A stretch of 64,000 bases of DNA, taken from NCBI GenBank assembly GCA_963803045.1, contig CAWDLC010000036.1:69999-133998 (forward strand). The letters are read 5' to 3'. The notes beneath the pieces are model-generated. The model saw only the letters and a program-made list of their open reading frames with translations. It ran no database searches and was not told where the DNA came from. The stretch comes from Candidatus Binataceae bacterium (GTDB lineage Bacteria; Desulfobacterota; Binatia; Binatales; Binataceae). The translations under genes were made by a program, and so were the position numbers. This document shows, one piece after another, positions 36,689 to 45,853 of this stretch; position 1 is the stretch's first letter; each line of letters opens with the position of its first letter.

Positions 36689-37181
36689 CGAACGCGGATA
36701 CCAGATCGGTTACGGCAAGCCGCCGTGCCCTACACGATTTCAGAAGGGTCGGTCAGGAAATCCCAAAGGGCGCCCGCGAGGTGCGAAGAACTACGCGACG
36801 CTCCTAATGGAGGCACTGCACGAGCCGGTCATCATCAGCGAGAACGGGCACCGGAAAAGGATTACCAAGCAGCAGGTGATCGTCAAGCAGATCGTGAACA
36901 AGGCAGCGTCGGGCGATCACCGCAGTATCCAACTCTTGTTGGCCAACCAGATTCCAGCGCGGCTCGACTCAGCTCCTAGTAAACCGCCAACGATTCTTGA
37001 CTTTCTAAAGCTCATTGACGGTAAAATTCCGGATGGGCCTAGCATCGAGGCTCAGGCTACGCCCGTGATTGAGGCGCCGCCGATAGCTATAGAACCGCCG
37101 GTGGTCAGCGAGGCCGAAATCGAACTAGCGCGCACCATCCTGGCGACGAAACCAAGGGATGAGGCGAAAGATGGCTTATGA
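36672..37181 (+). CDS. DUF5681-like phage/plasmid-associated protein
   Basis: GYGKPPCPTRFQKGRSGNPKGRPRGAKN signature. GTG at 36672 overlaps the methyltransferase 3' end. Confidence 0.6.
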   Translation: MENDSNERGYQIGYGKPPCPTRFQKGRSGNPKGRPRGAKNYATLLMEALHEPVIISENGHRKRITKQQVIVKQIVNKAASGDHRSIQLLLANQIPARLDSAPSKPPTILDFLKLIDGKIPDGPSIEAQATPVIEAPPIAIEPPVVSEAEIELARTILATKPRDEAKDGL

Positions 37182-37339
37182 CAGACAGTAGCGCCGACGA
37201 ATTCGAAATCATCGCGTCGATTCACAACCCAGTCAAGTTCGCTGCGGAGAAGCCCCAGCCCCAACCGGATGAATTTTCATTCCGGCTGATGTACCTTCTA
37301 TCCGACGTTGGTAATCACGCTTCCCTCTCCAGAGAATAG
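37178..37339 (+). CDS. possible 53-aa ORF coupled to the DUF5681 gene
   Basis: Its ATG overlaps the upstream TGA (ATGA). MTDSSADEFEIIASIHNPVKFAAEKPQPQPDEFSFRLMYLLSDVGNHASLSRE*. No recognisable motif. Confidence 0.25.
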   Translation: MTDSSADEFEIIASIHNPVKFAAEKPQPQPDEFSFRLMYLLSDVGNHASLSRE

Positions 37340-37348
37340 CTCTCGTTT

Positions 37349-37687
37349 ATGGGAATAGACGACAAAAGAAGCAGCGAAGCGATGCGGCGAGTAGCTTTCT
37401 CGGGATTCGTTCCGCATCGCCTCGAGATACCACGTAGGCCCGAGTTGTCCGCTTTTCCGCTTAACGTTCTCTTTGTGAGCAGAAAAATCAAGAATGGGGC
37501 AGAGATTTCAGGCTCGGCTCTTTACGAACCAGACTTCGATACTTATCGCAAGGATGGCGACGTCAGTTCTATGAGGTATCACAACATCTATGGCACAACA
37601 TCGCACCTCGTAATTGCCTACGATGAGAAAAAGAAACGATACCGAGGAGAGAAGTTCGTGAATGGGAACACTCGTTGCCTCCGCTGA
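37349..37687 (+). CDS. hypothetical protein (lower-GC patch)
   Basis: 112-aa ORF with Lys/Tyr-rich, non-Arg-biased composition unlike shadow ORFs. No motif. Confidence 0.35.
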   Translation: MGIDDKRSSEAMRRVAFSGFVPHRLEIPRRPELSAFPLNVLFVSRKIKNGAEISGSALYEPDFDTYRKDGDVSSMRYHNIYGTTSHLVIAYDEKKKRYRGEKFVNGNTRCLR

Positions 37688-38033
37688 CGGTGGAGACGAT
37701 TGGCAGCGGTTTTTCGCGCAGTTGACAATGCCCGGTCTTGCAAATGGTGAACACTGTAAATTCAGCCAGGAGAAGCAGGAAGCTTATCGCCGTCGAACCG
37801 GAGCGCGCAGCATTTGCAGGCTTCGCCGAGATGAAACTCGAGGGTCCCCTGCCCTCGTCGCGCGACTTTCATTGACCGCGCGCACGGACGCCCGCGGCGA
37901 ATTCAGGAGCAGCGGTCTAACCAATTCCTTATGTCTCGCGGCTCCGACGTATTACATCGTTACGGCAGCTGGTTGCCCATCGCCCGTACGCGTCGGCACA
38001 AGGCGCGCCGGTATGCGGAGTCGCGATCGCAGT

Positions 38034-39042
38034 CTACTTTGTAGCAAGTATCAGCGGCGATGGAGACGGCGCCGGGATCGTCTTGACGCTGCGGAATCCC
38101 GCTTCTTTCAACCATGTACGGTACTCGCGCATCGTGAAAACGTCCGCGCCGGGCGTCGCGCGAATCAGCATGTTGAGCCCGAATAGCATCGGTATCACTG
38201 GCCCGGTCCGTTCGTCATTCGGGATGTAATCCGCGATTAGAAGCTGACCCTTGTCCTTGAGGGCAGCGGCGGTTTTCCCAATCAGCTTCTGCCCCCACTC
38301 GGCGCCCTCGCCATGGATAATGTGGCCGAAGATCGTGAGGTCGTACTTGTCGCGGCCGAAATCCAGCTCACGAAGATTCCCTTCGATGTAGTCGTAGCGA
38401 TCGCCAACTCCGTAGCGCGCCGCGTACTCGCGGGTTATGGTGGTGACTGCCGGGAAATCCACCACGGTCACGCGCGCCTTTGGGCTGGCTTGTGCAAAGG
38501 GAAGCGACCACGCTCCCGAGCCGGCTGCGACGTCCAGGATCGCTGAATATTTTCCTTACCCGCGCCGCTCCGATCGCCGCTACCGCCGCCTTGGCCGGTA
38601 CGTAGCTCATCGGAAATATCATCCGCACCAGCATCGTGAAAAACTGGACCGCCGCCTCGGCTCCGGGCGGCGCGAGCGGCCGCCCGGAACGGACGACGTC
38701 TGCCAGTTGCGAAAAGGCCATCGCGCCGCCCTTGACGAACTGTGCCCCACCTTCGAAGTAGAGCTCGCTCCCGCGCGCCAGGAAGGTTGCCGAGACAGGC
38801 TCCAGCGAGTACAGGTCACCCTTGCGGCGGAGATACTTGAGCGCCACCAGGACGTCCAGCAGGCGGCGCATCGCGCTGGAGTCCGCTCCGGCCGCCGCTG
38901 CGACGTCGGCGGCGGTGCGCTTGCCGCCGGCAATCAGCGTGAACACGTCCAACTCCAGACCTGCCGCGATCGTCAATGACTTCCACGTGCCGTAAATGTC
39001 GTTGGTCAGCGCAATTGGTGACGGAGTCCTGGTCTTCGCCAT
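38034..39042 (-). pseudogene. O-methyltransferase (dimerisation + class-I SAM domain), frameshifted near 38545
   Basis: MAKTRTPSPIALTNDIYG..DVFTLIAGGKRTAADVAAAAG..LLDVLVALKYL.. then, in another frame, ILDVAAGSGAWSLPFAQ..VVDFP..GHIIHGEG..EAGFRSV. ATG at 39042 after GGAGGAAA. Confidence 0.75.
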
Positions 39043-39364
39043 CCCGGGAATTTCCTCCGAGGTGAGGCTCGCATCAGCGCCACGCGGTTTGCAAGCGGCC
39101 AGAGTTGGCGCAGGCGCCCGCAATCGCCACCACTGTGGAGATCGTCGCGCAGGAGACCAGGCCGGGCGCCTTCTCGACCTGGTGAGATTGCTTGCGCGCT
39201 CCAAGCACTCGTGTCGGCTGCATCTCCCAGGGTCTTGAAAGCGGCTGGCGCATGCAGATGCCGGCGGTGTACTTAGGAAAAATGGAGAATTGCGGATTTC
39301 TATGAAACAAAACGATGAAACGCATGAGCTTAAGCATGTCGGCCGCACCGCGGCGGTGACTCGC

Positions 39365-39410
39365 GAAACTCTAGACTTTTCGCCGCTTTCGGAGTTTTTG
39401 GTAGCCACAG
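39365..39410 (+). repeat. dispersed hairpin repeat, copy 3
   Basis: GAAACTC-TAGACTTTTCGCCGCTTTCG-GAGTTTTTGGTAGCCACAGGG. Confidence 0.6.
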
Positions 39411-39575
39411 GGCGTCAGGATAGTTGTAATCGACGACGAGGCTATCGAGGAATCGACGCGCGGCTGGCTTCTTGACCAAGTGCGAAAACGCGCCCGCCAC
39501 GCACTTGTAGCCTACATCGCCGCGATTCACAGTCCCGAGACCGAGCGGCGCGCGCGTGCACATAGCGTCCAGTAC

Positions 39576-40690
39576 TTGTCGATACCGAAAACCTGATCCG
39601 GGGTGACGGGCCATTCGGACTGTGATACTCGAACGTCCGATGCTCGAGTTTCTGATCAAGTTCATCAAGTTCCTGCTCGTCGTACGATCCCGACTGAAGT
39701 CACGGGCGAGACTCGAGGCTGAAATACTGGTGCTGCGGCAGGAGGTGATCGTGCTGAGCCGCAAGTCCCGGTCTCGGGTGTGGCTGAGAAACATCGACCG
39801 GCTGATCTTGGTGTGGATGTACCGAGTGTTCCCCTCGATTCTGGATGCGATCACTGTCGTTAAGCCCGAGACCGTGATCCGCTGGCATCGACAGGGGTTC
39901 CGTGCGTATTGGCGCTGGAAGTCTCGCCGGCGTGGTGGCCGCCCGAGAATCAAGCGCGAGATCCGCGATATCGTCCGACGGATGAGCATGGAGAACCCAC
40001 TATGGGGAGCGCCGCGGATACACGGCGAACTGTTGATGCTCGGCATCGAGGTCGCCCAATCAACCGTGGCGACGTACATGACCAGGCGGCAGGGGCCACC
40101 CTCGCAGGGCTGGAAGACATTCCTGCGCAATCACGCCGCGGGGATCGCGTCTATCGATCTGTTCGTGGTTCGCACCATCTCCTTCAAGCTGCTCTACGGC
40201 TTGGTCATTCTTCGCCATGCCCGAAGGCGATTGGTGAGAATCGGCGTGACGAGCAATCCTCTTGCCGAGTGGATCGCTGGACAGGTGACTGATGCCTTTC
40301 CCTGGGACGAAGCACCGCGCCACCTGATTCGCGACCGCGACGGCGCTTTCGGTCCAGTGTACGCCCGGCGCATTCGCGCAATGGGGATCAGAGATCGCCC
40401 TAAGGCGCCACGCTCGCCGTGGCAGAACGGGCACGTTGAACGGCTCATCGGATCGATACGTCGCGAATCACTCGACCACCTCATCGTGTTCAGCGAAGCG
40501 CACTTGCGCGCTGTCCTGAAGGCTTACGCGTCGTACTACAATGAGGTCCGGACCCATCTCTCATTGGAGAAAGATGCTCCAGATTTTCGGCCTACGCAGA
40601 AGATCGGCCGCATCGCAGTGATACCAATCCTCGGCGGCCTGCATCATCAATACGTGCGGCTTTAGGTTTTGAACAGGCACAGGCAGCTTG
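39576..40690 (+). mobile_element. intact single-ORF IS element (rve/DDE; IS481-like architecture, family unverified), copy 1
   Basis: Left end TTGTCGATACCGAAAACCTGATCC is shared with copy 2 at 53846. The right end, around AGGTTTTGAACAGGCACAGG, is partly complementary. Boundaries approximate. Confidence 0.7.
39622..40665 (+). CDS. IS transposase (HTH + rve integrase core, DDE)
   Basis: 347 aa. WGAPRIHGEL, D(ASIDLF)..D(RDRDGAF)..E(NGHVERLIGSIRRESLDH). Confidence 0.9.
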   Translation: MILERPMLEFLIKFIKFLLVVRSRLKSRARLEAEILVLRQEVIVLSRKSRSRVWLRNIDRLILVWMYRVFPSILDAITVVKPETVIRWHRQGFRAYWRWKSRRRGGRPRIKREIRDIVRRMSMENPLWGAPRIHGELLMLGIEVAQSTVATYMTRRQGPPSQGWKTFLRNHAAGIASIDLFVVRTISFKLLYGLVILRHARRRLVRIGVTSNPLAEWIAGQVTDAFPWDEAPRHLIRDRDGAFGPVYARRIRAMGIRDRPKAPRSPWQNGHVERLIGSIRRESLDHLIVFSEAHLRAVLKAYASYYNEVRTHLSLEKDAPDFRPTQKIGRIAVIPILGGLHHQYVRL

Positions 40691-40804
40691 GGCGTAACAT
40701 TGCCAGTCTTCCCGCGTTTCCTTGCGCGCGGATGAGGTTTTGAGGAACCACAGTTTTTGAGGAACCACAGCATGAAAGCGCTCTTGAGAACGGACCCGCG
40801 AGTA

Positions 40805-40900
40805 GGGAGATGCTCCGGATTTTCGGCGGGCGCAGAAGATCGGCCGGATCGCAGCGATTCCAATCCTTGGCGGGCTGCATCACCAATACGTCGGCTTTAG
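40805..40900 (+). mobile_element. 3'-end remnant of a related IS
   Basis: GGAGATGCTCCGGATTTTCGG..GGGCTGCATCACCAATACGTCGGCTTTAG parallels 40566-40665. Preceded by a 2x TTTTGAGGAACCACAG tandem repeat at about 40737-40770. Confidence 0.65.
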
Positions 40901-40917
40901 TTGTGACTAGGGACTGG

Positions 40918-41196
40918 CTAAGCACCTAAGTAACTAAAGGCCGCCCAGTAGTAGGGATGAGCAAATGTGCGACCTTTCGGATCGGAAAGCAGGACCTCTT
41001 GACAGAGCGCATTGGCCACCTGCGCCGGCATGCGGCCCACAGTGGCTGCCGAGAGGGAGTATTCTTTTTTCTCCCCATTGGTTGAGTCCCGCACCCACTG
41101 CTGCGCCTCCCGTAACGCTTCCACCGGTTCGCGCCCTTCTTTGCGCCACAATTCGTAAAGGCGAACCATCAACATCATCGTGCTGATGTCGGCCAC
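40918..41196 (-). pseudogene. CHAT-domain protein, C-terminal fragment
   Basis: ..ALREAQQWVRD...FAHPYYWAAFSYLGA* is the typical CHAT C-terminus. The upstream part is missing. Confidence 0.6.
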
Positions 41197-41247
41197 CGAC
41201 CAGAGCGATGCTGTAACCCCTGCAACCCCTGGCCGATTGCGCGCTAG

Positions 41248-42369
41248 TTAGGGCGCGTTGTTGTTCAGGAGCACGCAGCCTGAGCCGGACGTGCTCAGAT
41301 TGCCGCTCTTGTTATGAAGTGCGGTGGAGGCGACGACGTTGCTCGGACAACTATCGATCTCCAAGCCGTCTGACTTATTGGAGTCGGCGACGCTGCGGAC
41401 TATAACGTTTTCGCCCGTGCTGCCGTGGAGGTGTATCCCGTTGTCCTTGTTGTGACTGGCCGTGCAGCCGGTCACGAGCGCGCCGTCGCCGCCCAGCTCG
41501 ATACCGTCGGTAGTGTTGTCATTTGTGGTGCTGCCGTTGACCAGCACGTTGAAGCTCGATGAGAAGACGCCATCATCCCCGTTGCCCCCGAGCTTGCTGT
41601 CGTTCACCGCATCATCGCCATTAACGTCGGCGCCGTCCGTGCCATTGTTCATGATCGTGCTGGCGAATATTGAGTTGTCGCCGCCGCTAACCGCATCGAA
41701 GCCGGCATCTTTGTTGCCGGTTAGCTTTGATGAATCCACGAAGTTGCCGCCGCCCCTGATGCTCACGCCGTCACCGCCGTTATTGAGCGCGTTAACGTTG
41801 CTCACCAGATCGTCGCCGCCTCCTTGGACGATGCCGCCATCTGTGTTGTTCTTTGCGACCACATTGGCGACTGTGTTGTCCCCGCCGTCGATCTCGAGCC
41901 CCTCCTCTCCGTTATTCTCGACGGTGACGGAAGTGATCGTATTGTTTCCGCCGTCGATAAATATGCCGTCCTCGCTGTTGTGCGACGAAGTGATCGAGTC
42001 GATGCTTGCGTCGCCGCTATTGGACAGGTCGATGCCGTTCTGGAACTTGCTGATCGTTCCGTTGGCAATAATGATCTGGTTGAAGTGGGACCCGTTATCC
42101 GTGACCGCGCTGTTGCTTCCGCTATTTGGGCCGGTGATGGAATGGCCGCCGAGATCGAGCGCGACATTATCGGCCGCGATGATGAAGCAGTTGCCAGCGG
42201 AGCTAAGGTTCTTGGTAAGCTTAAAGGTCCCCGCTGCGGAGAGCGTCGTGCACGCGGACACCGGCGTCGCCGAGATGGCGTGGGCGTCTTTGGCCGCGCC
42301 GACCAGGATCAGCCCCATGAGCAACGCGACCAAGGCCAGCGAACTCATCCTGATTGCCTTGTTGAACAT
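41248..42369 (-). CDS. secreted right-handed parallel beta-helix repeat protein (Gly-Gly turn version)
   Basis: Signal peptide MFNKAIRMSSLALVALLMGLILVGAAKDAHA. Six or more 22-aa coils ..IDGG(N/D)NT......NN...G.. ATG at 42369 after GGGGAGGAG. Confidence 0.8.
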   Translation of the reverse strand: MFNKAIRMSSLALVALLMGLILVGAAKDAHAISATPVSACTTLSAAGTFKLTKNLSSAGNCFIIAADNVALDLGGHSITGPNSGSNSAVTDNGSHFNQIIIANGTISKFQNGIDLSNSGDASIDSITSSHNSEDGIFIDGGNNTITSVTVENNGEEGLEIDGGDNTVANVVAKNNTDGGIVQGGGDDLVSNVNALNNGGDGVSIRGGGNFVDSSKLTGNKDAGFDAVSGGDNSIFASTIMNNGTDGADVNGDDAVNDSKLGGNGDDGVFSSSFNVLVNGSTTNDNTTDGIELGGDGALVTGCTASHNKDNGIHLHGSTGENVIVRSVADSNKSDGLEIDSCPSNVVASTALHNKSGNLSTSGSGCVLLNNNAP

Positions 42370-42386
42370 CGCTCGCTCCTCCCCTT

Positions 42387-43520
42387 TCAGTCCTGGGTGC
42401 AGGTCCCGCTGGTGACGTCCAGGTTCGTGCCATTGCCGCCGGCGGTCAGCTTCAGGATATTGCCCGGGCATTTGATGTCCACCCCGTCGACGGTGTTGTG
42501 CCTGGCGCTACTTCTGATGACGGCATTGCCGCCGGACGTGCCGGTGAGCGTGATTCCATTGCCGGTGTTGCCGTCGGCGGTGCTGCTGGTCACCAAGTCG
42601 AAGCCTCTACTGCTCACTCCCCGGTCGAGGGCAATTCCATCGCCCCCGTTGTTACTGGCCGTGGTTTGATTCACGAGGTTGTCGGAACCGGTGAGATTGA
42701 TTCCGTCGCCGGTGTTTTTCTCGACCTTGCTTCCATCGACCGCGGTGCAGCAGTCGATCGCCGCGATGCCCGTGCCGGTGTTTTTCTCGACCGTGCTGTT
42801 GCTGACAATGTTGCAGCATTCCGGCATATCGATGCCATCAGCGGCATTGTTCATGACCTTGAGATCAGCCAGGTAACTGCAGCACTCGTCGACCTCAACT
42901 CCGGTACTCGTGTTGTTCGTCGCCGTGCTGTCGGTGATCAGGTTGCAGCATTCCTCGATGAAGATTCCCCTGCCGGTGTTGCCATTGGCAGCGACATTAG
43001 CGACCGTGTTGCAGCACTGGTCTATCTCGAGCCCATTAGAGCCATTGTTTTCGAAAGTCGAATTGGTGACGGTGTCAATCCCGCCTCCGAGCAGAACGCC
43101 GTCGGCCGTGTTGTTGGAGGAGTTGAGATTGTCGATCGTGTCGAAACCGCCGTTGGTGAGGGAGACACCCTCAGCGAAGCCTTTGATTGTGCCGTTGACG
43201 ATTACGGTATGAGCCGCGCCGGTTCCGAGATCGGTGATCGCGCTACCAGTGCCGTTGCCGGTGATTTTGTGATTGTTCAGGTCGATCCCGACCGAGTTGG
43301 TGGGAGAACCGCCGCTGGTGCCGTTGCTGGTGAGCACGAAGCAATTGCCAGTCGCGGTCATGTTGCCGGTGAGGATGTAATTCCCCGGAGTATTGATCGT
43401 CTGGCAGGCCGAGAGTGGGGTTGGAGCCGTAGCCGAAGCCGCGGGCGTCACCGCCGCCACGCCCAGAAGTGCCGCGAGCACAACGATAGATGCGCGACCG
43501 AAGCCGATTTTGCCGAGCAT
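42387..43520 (-). CDS. secreted right-handed parallel beta-helix repeat protein with Cys-Cys ladder
   Basis: Signal peptide MLGKIGFGRASIVVLAALLGVAAVTPAASA. 22-aa coils, five consecutive ones carrying CC at residues 169/170, 191/192, 213/214, 235/236 and 257/258. Confidence 0.8.
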   Translation of the reverse strand: MLGKIGFGRASIVVLAALLGVAAVTPAASATAPTPLSACQTINTPGNYILTGNMTATGNCFVLTSNGTSGGSPTNSVGIDLNNHKITGNGTGSAITDLGTGAAHTVIVNGTIKGFAEGVSLTNGGFDTIDNLNSSNNTADGVLLGGGIDTVTNSTFENNGSNGLEIDQCCNTVANVAANGNTGRGIFIEECCNLITDSTATNNTSTGVEVDECCSYLADLKVMNNAADGIDMPECCNIVSNSTVEKNTGTGIAAIDCCTAVDGSKVEKNTGDGINLTGSDNLVNQTTASNNGGDGIALDRGVSSRGFDLVTSSTADGNTGNGITLTGTSGGNAVIRSSARHNTVDGVDIKCPGNILKLTAGGNGTNLDVTSGTCTQD

Positions 43521-43639
43521 GTAGTTCCCTCTCTCGCCGCCACTAGGGCCACTTGCCCAGCGCGGCTCCGATCCCACGAACGAAGTGATAATTAGCGCGC
43601 GATCCGTACAGTGTCAACTTAGATGTTCGAAACGCGATT

Positions 43640-44359
43640 GTGATACTCGTCGCCCGCCTCGACACCGTACAGTTTCGCGGTCATCTCGACATGTCAGTCC
43701 CGATCGTGCAGCTCAACTATGGGGTGACCGACCGTATCCAAGCGCGGATCGCGGGCGAAATCCCGATGACCACCGTCGCACCCGACAACGGACGGCGTGC
43801 GATCGGCTTCGGTGACCTATCGGCTGGCCTCAAGTATCGATTTATGGACCAAGTCGACGGCCTCGAGGACGAGGATACCTGCGATCCGCGGCAATCGGAG
43901 GCGTCCTACGGAATCCGCGGGCCGTTTTCGATCTCAATTTTTCCGCAATTCAGTTTTCCCACGGGCGCGGTGAACCAGGGGCTCGGTTCCGGAGAATATT
44001 CGATGGAAGTTCCGCTCGATGTAGCACGCAAGTTTGGGGATCTGTTCCTCATCGGCGAATTCGCCTTTCTCTGGAGATATCACGATCGGTCGCTGCCCAA
44101 TGAGATCGCGCTTGGTCTCGCGGCATATTATTCGGTTACTCAGCAGCTGGACTTGCTCGGCGAACAGCGGCTGAATTTTCAGACTTCGGGACATGGCGCG
44201 ACGCTTTGGCTGATGGACGTGGGAGCGCAATACCAGATCAATGATAGCTTCGCCTTGTTCGGTTCGGTGGGCACGAATGTCGCGGCTACCTCTGCGGTAG
44301 CACCGTCCAATTTGACGACGGTCATTGGCGTCGATTGGACGATTCCAATCAATTGGTAG
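43640..44359 (+). CDS. outer-membrane beta-barrel protein (MetA-pathway/transporter-like), probably 5'-truncated
   Basis: Alternating strands and aromatic girdle, terminal ..VDWTIPINW*. No signal peptide at the available start. Confidence 0.45.
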   Translation: MILVARLDTVQFRGHLDMSVPIVQLNYGVTDRIQARIAGEIPMTTVAPDNGRRAIGFGDLSAGLKYRFMDQVDGLEDEDTCDPRQSEASYGIRGPFSISIFPQFSFPTGAVNQGLGSGEYSMEVPLDVARKFGDLFLIGEFAFLWRYHDRSLPNEIALGLAAYYSVTQQLDLLGEQRLNFQTSGHGATLWLMDVGAQYQINDSFALFGSVGTNVAATSAVAPSNLTTVIGVDWTIPINW

Positions 44360-44387
44360 ATCGGTTGATCATGAACGCCAATCTCAC

Positions 44388-44747
44388 ATGCGCGCTCGTC
44401 CCGACTGTGTCCGCGATGTCCTGTCCGAGGACTGCCTTACAGAATCCGCCGAAGCGTTGAAACTGTCCGAATTCAACGTGACCGAAGTTCGCTGCACACC
44501 CGGAGGGTTCTACCACAGTCGCGAGTCTGTCCTCGACTCGGTCGCTCGCTTCAAGATCGACCTCACTGTCGTGGACGATGCGGCTACGCGAATCGCGCAC
44601 GAGTTGATCGGAAGCGTTCGGCCAGAAAGCCTCACTATCCTGAAGTTGGATCACTCAGCCCCCGTGACTGATGAGGCCGCCGTTCGCTCGACTCGTAACA
44701 CTGCCGTTCCACTGACGCTGACGCCGGCATCGGTCGCCGCGCACTGA
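44388..44747 (+). CDS. degenerate PII-like paralogue
   Basis: ..LKLSEFNVTEVR......FKIDLTVVDDAATRIAHELIGSVRPESLTILKLDH.. parallels 22773..23144 but with a shortened T-loop region and an unclear N-terminus. Confidence 0.35.
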   Translation: MRARPDCVRDVLSEDCLTESAEALKLSEFNVTEVRCTPGGFYHSRESVLDSVARFKIDLTVVDDAATRIAHELIGSVRPESLTILKLDHSAPVTDEAAVRSTRNTAVPLTLTPASVAAH

Positions 44748-45853
44748 TTGAACCACTAGTGCGGGCCGGGGGTACGAGTTGGGCTCGCGTGAATCGCGAC
44801 TGCGAGCATAGACTCGGCGGGCAGGGCCGCAAAGAAGGCGATTTCTGCCGTGGTGCCATCCAAAGTCGTTAAGCATAGTGGGCATCGATCTGACGCTTCC
44901 AACTGGCTAGTAAATCTCCGGCGTTCATCGCGGTTGCTTCAAGGTGCGTGATCCGACGGATCCGACAATCAATCGCTCGCTGCTTGAAATGTCGCGAGGA
45001 TGCCGCGATCGACGATCTAACGAACTCGCGACTGGTCGCACCAGCGTGATCAGAGGCTCGCATCAGACTTCAGATGTTCCAAATCGGTGTCCTAGAATTT
45101 GAACACTGGTGTCCAAAAATTCGACATGACTTAGCCGATTTAGAAACAAAGCACGAACACAAAGGTCGTTTGCCTAACAAAGTTGGACTGTGCACGCTTC
45201 GCCACTATGGCACAGCACTTGCGCGGAAGGGAGGATAATAGATATGCGATCCGCCTGCTGGCGGCTCGGCTAGTCTGATCCTCCCGCGGAAAGAACCTAA
45301 CGTTCGGTCGACATCGGCGAAATGGGTCCACAAGGCTTGCGAATGCTCGCCTAGACCAAGCCTTTTGAATTCGCGCACCTCGATTTTCGTCAGGAGAGGG
45401 GCAGCTCGATGGAGGGCCGCCTTAGTCAGATAGCGCAGGACCCCAAACGGCCTGGGTGTTAACAGGGTGCGCTCATCGTCGCTCTTATCCCAGCGGCGCC
45501 CCAGACACTGGTTGGCGGTGTAAAACCGAAATGGTGGGAGATCTTTCGTTGATCGCGTTGAAGTGGTCTTTTACTTTCGAACTTTCTCCACCCCGCAGAC
45601 AGAATAAGAACTCCCTATTACACAAACGAGAACTTCAAGAGAACGACTGCATACCTGGATTACCTTAACCTCGCTACACGCGAGCAGAGAAACGGCAAGG
45701 AGCCAACCCCAACAAAGACCACCGTCGCAGAAGTACCACGCAAGAGAACCGCGAAGATTTCACATTTGCCAGCCAAATGTCGGCCTATTTCCGGCAACTT
45801 TGCTGGATCGGCATTTGGACGGCTCAACCGCAGGCGCAGCCTGAAGGGAGCAA

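Noticed and set aside
41462-43595. Long plus-strand ORFs (41462..42415, 41824..42669, 42498..43595) opposite the beta-helix genes
   Set aside because: The Ser/Pro/Leu- or Asp/Arg/Val-rich translations mirror the repeat periodicity of the minus-strand genes. The minus-strand products have signal peptides and canonical beta-helix repeats.
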